Shown: positions 11,315 to 17,381 of the stretch, piece after piece
How the letters are laid out: every line of letters starts with the position of its first letter
Numbering within the stretch: position 1 is the stretch's first letter
NCBI GenBank assembly: GCA_016748015.1
Contig: JAAOMT010000707.1
Coordinates: 8,341-25,721, forward strand
Length of the DNA stretch: 17,381 bases
Source: Geosiphon pyriformis uo1
Lineage: Eukaryota > Fungi > Glomeromycota
Direction of reading: 5' to 3'
Position numbers and translations under genes: made by a program
The notes under the pieces: generated by a model
Databases searched by the model: none
What the model was told of the DNA's origin: nothing
The model's input: the letters and a program-made list of their open reading frames with translations, nothing else

Positions 11315-11949
11315 ATGGAAATACCAGATCATATTCACATTATAGCTTAACAATTATTCCAGGTCTTAAGTTAACAATCATTAGACATGAAAATTATTGT
11401 TAACAACCAAACAATTTGCTATCAAAACATTAAAAGAAAGACAAAGAATACACCATATTAGCAGTTACTAAAGAATGATAAAAACTGGTCAGATAACATA
11501 ATAGAAAAAGTGAAGAACACTTTTGGAAAAATACCTATTATGGCACCAACAAAAAAACTTACAAAAGAAAATTGGAAGCAATAGACAGAACAACTTCCAA
11601 TATCATACTGTTACTACCAGTTAGATCGAAAGTTGAATATTCAGGAGCTGTATATTGACAAATCCAGAGAATATTTAACTAAAACATAATACAGCAAATT
11701 GAAAAATTTATTAGAAAGAAAATGAACTCAACACTATATGTGAAAACAATTTACTGACTGCACAACATATTTCAGAACTATTCAGAAATACTGTTACACT
11801 CTGACATAGAAATCATAACCATTAACCAATGAGGAAGAATAAACAATGTACAAGTAGAAAACGTGAAAAATAAAGTCAAACAAACAATACTAGAAAAAAA
11901 AGTATTAGAGTTAATTCAAAATGAAGATTTTGATAGAGCTTAATATTAA
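11315..11949 (+). pseudogene. Additional ORF3 of unknown function between integrase and PPT (~210 codons, one apparent frameshift)
   Basis: TATA-like GTATATAAAG near 11272-11281 and AAAAATGG start at 11315 (MEIPDHIHIIA*QLFQVLS). The downstream part is in another frame with only transition-revertible stops (FWKNTYY...GAVY*QIQRIF...LIQNEDFDRA*Y*) and ends at the PPT. Confidence 0.6.
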
Positions 11950-11960
11950 AAAAGAGAAGA
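11948..11960 (+). promoter_or_regulatory. Polypurine tract (PPT)
   Basis: AAAAAAGAGAAGA, 3 nt upstream of the 3' LTR start; likely a G>A-eroded version of a G-richer tract. Confidence 0.82.
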
Positions 11961-11963
11961 TAA

Positions 11964-12824
11964 TGTTACTCATAAAAAAAAAACAGATATAAAAAAATAG
12001 GAGACCAATAAGTGAATAGTATTTAGCACGCAAGCACATTGCTCAGCAATGTAAAGCAATGACAGAAATCACAACATATTGCTCAGCAATGTGGAGCAAT
12101 ATCAGAAAACATGACACATTGTTCAGCAATGTGAAGCAATGTTAGAAAATTAGGGCACATTGCTCAAGAAATCATAGCACATTGCTCGGGAATGTGAGTG
12201 ATTTCATAGAACATCAATTATGTATATATAGTGGTAATAGTAAAAGTAAAAAAAGCAGAATCCATTAGTTAGAAACCTTCCACATAACAAATATCAATAA
12301 AATAATTATTCACTATCTCAATTCACTCTTCACTATCAACATGAAATGTTGATAGTAATTGATACTTGACTATACTGGAACAATAGCTCTTGATCACAGC
12401 TATTGACAGGATACTAACTTGCACATTATCTTGACTCATTTTTTTATTTCTTTTATTTTTCTTTTCTTTGATTTTATTGTTGTATACTAATTGATTAAGG
12501 ATTAAAATGCTGAGTTATTGATATTATGGATAGCCTGATAAAAGACCCAAAAATAAGGGTAGAATTATATATATATTAACAGATAGCTTACCAAAAGAGC
12601 ATAACTGTCAGAATAAACTGGCCACTATGCTGAAGACAGGAATTGGGAAAACAACTTACCAACCAACTATATTGTCATTGAATCTCTGTCTATTATACAA
12701 AGAACTCAACTCTAAAACTTTCAGATACAACCAATGTACCAGTATTACCAGCTTTATCAAAATATTGAGTACCAAGTTATGGATTTGTTATTTGATTTGA
12801 AACTCCAAATAATCATTTATAACA
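11964..12824 (+). repeat. 3' LTR (861 bp)
   Basis: TGTTA...TAACA terminal inverted repeat; follows the PPT; followed by TSD ATAC. Confidence 0.96.
12035..12196 (+). repeat. Tandem ~40-bp repeat in the 3' LTR (3 full units plus 2 partial), built on the palindrome CACATTGCT-C-AGCAATGTG
   Basis: Full units start at 12035, 12075 and 12115; partials at 12156 and 12178. The 5' LTR has only one full unit (2853) plus the partials (2893, 2915). Confidence 0.9.
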
Positions 12825-12828
12825 ATAC
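12825..12828. repeat. Target-site duplication ATAC (right copy)
   Basis: Matches 2779-2782. Removing the element and one copy restores a plausible minus-strand MULE reading frame. Confidence 0.88.
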
Positions 12829-13300
12829 AAATCAAGCAGAAATTAGTTGAACTTAATTTGTAAATCTATTACTTGTGCTTAAATTTTTTATATTATTTAT
12901 TAATTCTAAAAATAATTAATATTAATAAAATTCAATTACTTTTTCAAATTTATACTTAAACTTACCAGTTGTAATCATTAAAAATAATACATTTGTTGTT
13001 TTATTTGAGATAGTTTTTCTAATTAAATTGATTATTTGATATGGTTTTTTTTAAATGTAATTAGGATTATAATTTCTATAGCATTCAATATTAAATAAAT
13101 CAAATGGCTTGTTATAAAAAATTGCAATATAATCTTTCTAATTATATTTAGTTTTATAATACTTTTTTTATAAATAAAAATTAAGTTAATACTTTTTAAT
13201 TTTGATTAAATATTATTCTTCTATATATACCAACTTTGAATTTGTATTTTTGTTTGTATTTTTGTTTGTATTTTTATTTACAAATGTAATGGCTTTTATA
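12829..13300 (-). pseudogene. Degenerate MULE transposase, upstream (N-terminal) part, separated from the rest by the Gypsy insertion
   Basis: The frame reads through the empty site (VQLISA*F|VSNLETIQNAFKYNKKL). A canonical 60-bp minus-strand intron GTAAGT...TTTTTAG lies at 12965-12906. The outer boundary is approximate. Confidence 0.55.
13241..13276. repeat. 12-bp tandem repeat (TTTGTATTTTTG)x3
   Basis: Seen directly; encodes KNTN x3 on the minus strand within the putative MULE exon. Confidence 0.75.
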
Positions 13301-13744
13301 TCTCTTTTATGTATCTTAATATTTAATAAAATATTATTATATATATAGAAGTATAATTCATATAAATAACAATCTCTTACTTGTTTTTTATATATACAGT
13401 TATGATCTAGACTTTTATAACTATAGAAATACTATATTAAATATATATAAGTCTAATACTGAAGGTACTTCTATAAGTGGCACATATATATATTAAATAG
13501 TTGACAATAATAGACCAAATAGCCTTTTTTGTTTTAATAAATCTAATAAACAAAGCATAATTGTTTATTAGTAATAATATTATAATAATAAAAATAATGT
13601 AATTTTATCTTTTTTACACATTTTATATATTTAATTTTTTTTAATCTTATATAATATAGCCAATAAAATACAATTTATTGCAGATTTCACTTGATACAAT
13701 TATGAAGTTTATAGGTTTAAATTTCAATTGTATTTATCTTTATA

Positions 13745-13770
13745 TAGTATATACAACTTAGTCCTAACTA
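13745..13770 (+). repeat. Left TIR (mutated copy)
   Basis: 20/26 match to the reverse complement of 16214-16239; every mismatch is C>T or G>A in this copy. Confidence 0.8.
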
Positions 13771-14102
13771 TTAAACTTAATAAAATTCAAATCATTACTT
13801 TTTGTTCAAAAAAAAAAATAGCCACTAAATTTAATTATAAAATAATAAAGCTACTTAAATTAAACAATGTTATGTTTTCAAATTTTTTGTAAAATAATTT
13901 TTAAAAAAACAGTAGTAATTTATAGTTGACCAATTTTACTATTAAATTAATAATTTGGTTACTTATATATAATCAACATATATAATCATATTTATTGCTA
14001 ATTGGCTAATTTAAAAATAGTATATTAAGTAAATTTTTTTTAATTATAACACCAGCTTTTTAGTATAATACTAAATTAATTAATTTATTAAATATCAACT
14101 AA

Positions 14103-15286
14103 TTATAAAACTGAATTAGAAACTTAGCAATATAAATAGTATTTTTTAATTGCAAATTCTGCTACTTAATCTGTCAAGTCTTTTTGGTACACATCTATAT
14201 AATAAAATGTTTTTCTTATATATTAATAAATAGTTATAAGTAGAATAGAAATAAGAACTAATAAAACAATTCTTTGTAATTCTGTCTATAAATAATCACA
14301 ATATGATTGACTAAATTTTTTGATTACACCTTAAAAGTTTTCAATATAGTTGAGTTCACAATGAAACCCTAAATAAAACACAATTTAATGTTTAACTACA
14401 ACAATAGTATTTTTTAGCTGTCTTTTTTATGCTAAAAAGTTTGGTTGTTTACTTATTACTTTTTATGTTTCTTTTAATTTTAACCTTTTATTTGGCCATA
14501 ATTTTCTTTCAGTTAGAATTTGTTTTAATTCTTTTGCCTGTTTACACAATTTGGAAATATAATAATCTGATGGAAAGACTATATTCTGTTAAATTTTTTT
14601 ACCAAAATATGTATTTTGCATCTTTGGTTGCTTTCTACTAGGGCTAAAATTTATATACTTGGCAATAAATATATTTAGTGAAAAAGTAATATGACTTAAT
14701 GTATTATTAAATGCAAATAAAACCTAACATTCTGGAAAGCATGTTTCAAATATGAGAATAGCACATTTAACTATCTGATTAATCAAGTCCTTGGTCTTTC
14801 ACCAACTATTATTATTTTTGCTTAGGTGCATAATAATACAAACTTTTCTAAAAAAGTTGTATGATATTTGCATTTTCTTAGAAAGTACAAAACAACTACA
14901 AACATTAGTCAAAAATTCACTAACATGAATTGAATGACCATTACTTTTTTTTCATAAAAATTGTTCTCTATTAAAAATCCAAAGACTTTAACTTCTATCA
15001 TAAACTAAAAAAATACACTCATTATGTATAATAAGAATAAGTGGTTGTACATTATTTTCTGACCAGATTATCTTTTCTAAATCATCTTCTGAGAAAGTGG
15101 ACATCTTATGTTCAAGTTTACTCATTTTTTCTAAAAATATTTTTCAATAAATCACCATATCTTTCATTTATATACTCCCTTTTTCATTTTAACATATGTA
15201 TATTCAAGTTCTTTCAAATAATTTCTTACTGTATTGAAATGAATAGTTGAAAATGGTGCAAATCCAAGTTCTGGCAAAATAATTTC
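14103..15286 (-). pseudogene. DDE transposase pseudogene (5' part lost in the gap)
   Basis: Minus-strand translation: MKKGVYINE; LILIIHNEC (ex-THDE, 15021); KKSNGHSIHVSEFLT; IFETCFPEC*VLFAFNN (ex-FDN, 14706); FYLGFHCELNYIENF*G (E at 14340); FAIKKY. Contains several stops and small indels. Confidence 0.88.
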
Positions 15287-15794
15287 NNNNNNNNNNNNNN
15301 NNNNNNNNNNNNNNNNNNNNNNNNNNNNNNNNNNNNNNNNNNNNNNNNNNNNNNNNNNNNNNNNNNNNNNNNNNNNNNNNNNNNNNNNNNNNNNNNNNNN
15401 NNNNNNNNNNNNNNNNNNNNNNNNNNNNNNNNNNNNNNNNNNNNNNNNNNNNNNNNNNNNNNNNNNNNNNNNNNNNNNNNNNNNNNNNNNNNNNNNNNNN
15501 NNNNNNNNNNNNNNNNNNNNNNNNNNNNNNNNNNNNNNNNNNNNNNNNNNNNNNNNNNNNNNNNNNNNNNNNNNNNNNNNNNNNNNNNNNNNNNNNNNNN
15601 NNNNNNNNNNNNNNNNNNNNNNNNNNNNNNNNNNNNNNNNNNNNNNNNNNNNNNNNNNNNNNNNNNNNNNNNNNNNNNNNNNNNNNNNNNNNNNNNNNNN
15701 NNNNNNNNNNNNNNNNNNNNNNNNNNNNNNNNNNNNNNNNNNNNNNNNNNNNNNNNNNNNNNNNNNNNNNNNNNNNNNNNNNNNNNNNNNNNNN
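15287..15794. other. Assembly gap (508 N)
   Basis: Run of N. Confidence 1.
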
Positions 15795-16213
15795 CCTTAT
15801 TGACCACGATTTTTACGATCATTACAATATTCAAATGATTATTATAATAGAAACGATTATAATTATTAATAAGTAATTGTTCTTTTTTTTGTACACAAAT
15901 AAGAGCTTTCATTCATTTTGTGGTATTCAGTATCTGATTGCCTTTTTGTTAGTTCTATCGCTGCTATCTTTATATATATATATTACACGCGCAATTAAAA
16001 GAAAATTGATTTTTTTTAAACATTCCCTGATCAGTCGATTCTCTCTTATCCAAACATTAATTATTATCGTGTTACAGTGAGGCATGCAGGTCACGGTTGT
16101 GGAATCACGGGAACATGTGATCTGTGAACTCGAATTTGCACCAATAAAATTACAACGTTGCTGTGTCTTGTGATAGCAGCTCAACATCTCAAATTTGGCC
16201 ACTTAAAAATTTT

Positions 16214-16239
16214 TGGTCGGGACTAAGTTGTACACACTG
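16214..16239 (-). repeat. Right TIR (unmutated copy, Tc1-like CAGTG start)
   Basis: TGGTCGGGACTAAGTTGTACACACTG followed by TA. Confidence 0.8.
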
Positions 16240-16652
16240 TATAAAATTAATTTACATTAAATTCACTATGGAACCAGCACTATTAAAAAAAAACAAGAAA
16301 AGATTGCTCCATATATTTTCAAAATCAATAATACCCAAACTTTCCAGGAATATCTAGATAAAGCATAATTTTATTATCTAAAAACTCACAATCAAGTCTG
16401 GATAATAGCATATTTAATAATATTTCACTAAAGCGACCGAAGTATAGGGATACTCATCAATGGCTCTAGTGAATATGTACTTTATAAGTTGTTGTTTGTA
16501 AAATTAAGTCTATCTACATGATCAAACATCAACCTGATTTGATGTATGCAATTGTTCTACAACGTGATATGCCCCATGATGCAAGGGAACGCAACAAGAT
16601 ATAAACACGCACACTATATGTTCTTCTCTTTCATACTCATGAACCTGACAAC

Positions 16653-17381
16653 ATGGACCAAAAACCAACCTTTGAATTTACTTTTCAATATTTGAAAGAC
16701 CACCCTGATGCCACCGCCAACGAAATTTACAAAGAGTACTTCAAGACACAAGAAGGTAAGCAAGCAATGAATACACGTTTGTTGGGAGAATAGTTTGAAA
16801 GTTATCAATGCTATTGCAAGAGAGGCAGTTGAGTGTCATTAGTTGGGCAGAGCTAAAACATAGCAGAGCTAGGTTATAAACTCGTTTCAAAGGAGACAAG
16901 AAACAGTATGGGTTAATAGAGGAGCAATGGGAGTTCGTAAAGTAGCTATGAGTTCAACAGAAAGAGAATAGTTGGAATGCATTACAACATGCGCGTTGGG
17001 AAAAGTATAGAATAGAACATTATTGGATATACATAAACTCGTTTCAAAGATGAACTTAGAATAGAGCATAGTAAAATTGGCTTGGGCTTATCCATTTTGT
17101 TTTTTATTTTGACACTGGTTTCACAGGAGCATCCCATCTGCGAAGTGAAGTCGAGAAACAGGGATTTAACCGAAGTTATGCTGTATTGAAGAACGCATTT
17201 AAGAATACTCTGATAAAGCCTCGAGAGGACTACGTCGATGTATTTTTTCGTCATTTAGAACAGTGTGCTAGTATATGGACGCCAGAACAGTTCTATGCTC
17301 CGTACACATCACTCATACAAGCCAGCGGTACTGGCAAGTCAAGACTATTAAGAGAATTAGCATTTGAAAAAGACGTCTTTG
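16653..17381 (+). CDS. Spliced host gene, 5' part, join(16653..16755,17127..>17381): P-loop NTPase resembling Crinkler/CR-effector-associated NTPases
   Basis: Exon 1 is MDQKPTFEFTFQYLKDHPDATANEIYKEYFKTQE followed by G|GTAAGC. The 371-bp intron has a TTGAC branch site and TTTCACAG acceptor. The phase-1 join gives an open frame to the window end with FYAPYTSLIQASGTGKSRLLRELA (Walker A variant, 17318-17341). No stops; CpGs are retained. Confidence 0.82.

Larger units (their letters stand above)
2783..12824 (+). mobile_element. Full-length Ty3/Gypsy (Metaviridae) LTR retrotransposon, inactivated by transition mutations
   Basis: Two long direct repeats starting TGTTA and ending TAACA (TAATA in the 5' copy); 4-bp TSD ATAC; PBS after the 5' LTR; PPT before the 3' LTR; domain order gag-PR-RT-RH-INT. 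Confidence 0.97.
13745..16239 (-). mobile_element. Tc1/mariner-IS630 superfamily DNA transposon (possibly Sagan-like), spanning an assembly gap
   Basis: 26-bp TIRs: the right one (reverse complement) is CAGTGTGTACAACTTAGTCCCGACCA and the left one is TAGTATATACAACTTAGTCCTAACTA, differing by 6 transitions only. TA flanks both ends (13743-44, 16240-41). An internal DDE transposase remnant is present. Continuity across the gap is assumed. Confidence 0.8.

Noticed and set aside
11315-11949. ORF3 as an env gene
   Set aside because: No signal peptide, fusion peptide or transmembrane helix visible, and too short.
3582-11949. Alternative genetic code or stop-codon readthrough as an explanation for the many in-frame stops
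   Set aside because: All three stop types occur, at Gln, Arg and Trp positions, alongside many missense transitions (G>R/E, D>N, P>L/S); mutation explains them.
12035-12196. Palindromic repeats with variable tails resembling a mini CRISPR array
   Set aside because: The tails are homologous to each other and only ~14 nt long, the array sits in a eukaryotic LTR, and there are no cas genes.
540-13520. TIRs and TSD for the MULE element (candidates near 540-600 and 13320-13480)
   Set aside because: Only weak matches of about 10 bp, expected by chance in DNA this AT-rich; boundaries cannot be supported.
14429-15250. Hydrophobic plus-strand ORFs 14429-14641 and 15041-15250 that look like membrane proteins
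   Set aside because: Antisense to the A-rich transposase pseudogene; the hydrophobicity comes from T-rich codons.
15226-15912. 228-aa minus-strand ORF in the track
   Set aside because: Artefact of reading through the N gap.
15877-17254. Short ORFs 15877-16080, 15927-16202, 16163-16357, 16614-16808, 16887-17069 and 16982-17254
   Set aside because: No motifs; they overlap the transposon end, the intron or the antisense strand of the spliced NTPase gene.

Overview
AT-rich eukaryotic, probably fungal, DNA. The short GT-AG introns and the TE families resemble Glomeromycotina/Mucoromycota; this is recognition from memory, not a search result. The window is a nested transposon cluster next to a host gene. 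(1) A full-length ~10.0 kb Ty3/Gypsy LTR retrotransposon at 2783-12824 (+), with LTRs at 2783-3561 and 11964-12824, TSD ATAC, a PBS and a PPT. Its layout is unusual: one gag-PR-[Cys-rich]-dUTPase-[dUTPase-like]-RT-RNaseH frame, an integrase apparently in a separate ORF, and a third ORF of unknown function before the PPT. (2) The Gypsy element is inserted in a degenerate, intron-containing Mutator (MULE) transposase on the minus strand. (3) A Tc1/mariner-IS630-type DNA transposon (13745-16239, 26-bp TIRs, TA TSD) spans a 508-N assembly gap. (4) The 5' part of an intact spliced host gene (16653->17381) encodes a P-loop NTPase resembling Crinkler-type effectors. TE sequence left of the gap is wrecked almost only by C>T/G>A transitions: about 88 transitions vs 1 transversion between the two LTRs by manual count, mostly outside CpG. 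This is a RIP-like signature. Sequence right of the gap keeps its CpGs and looks unmutated.
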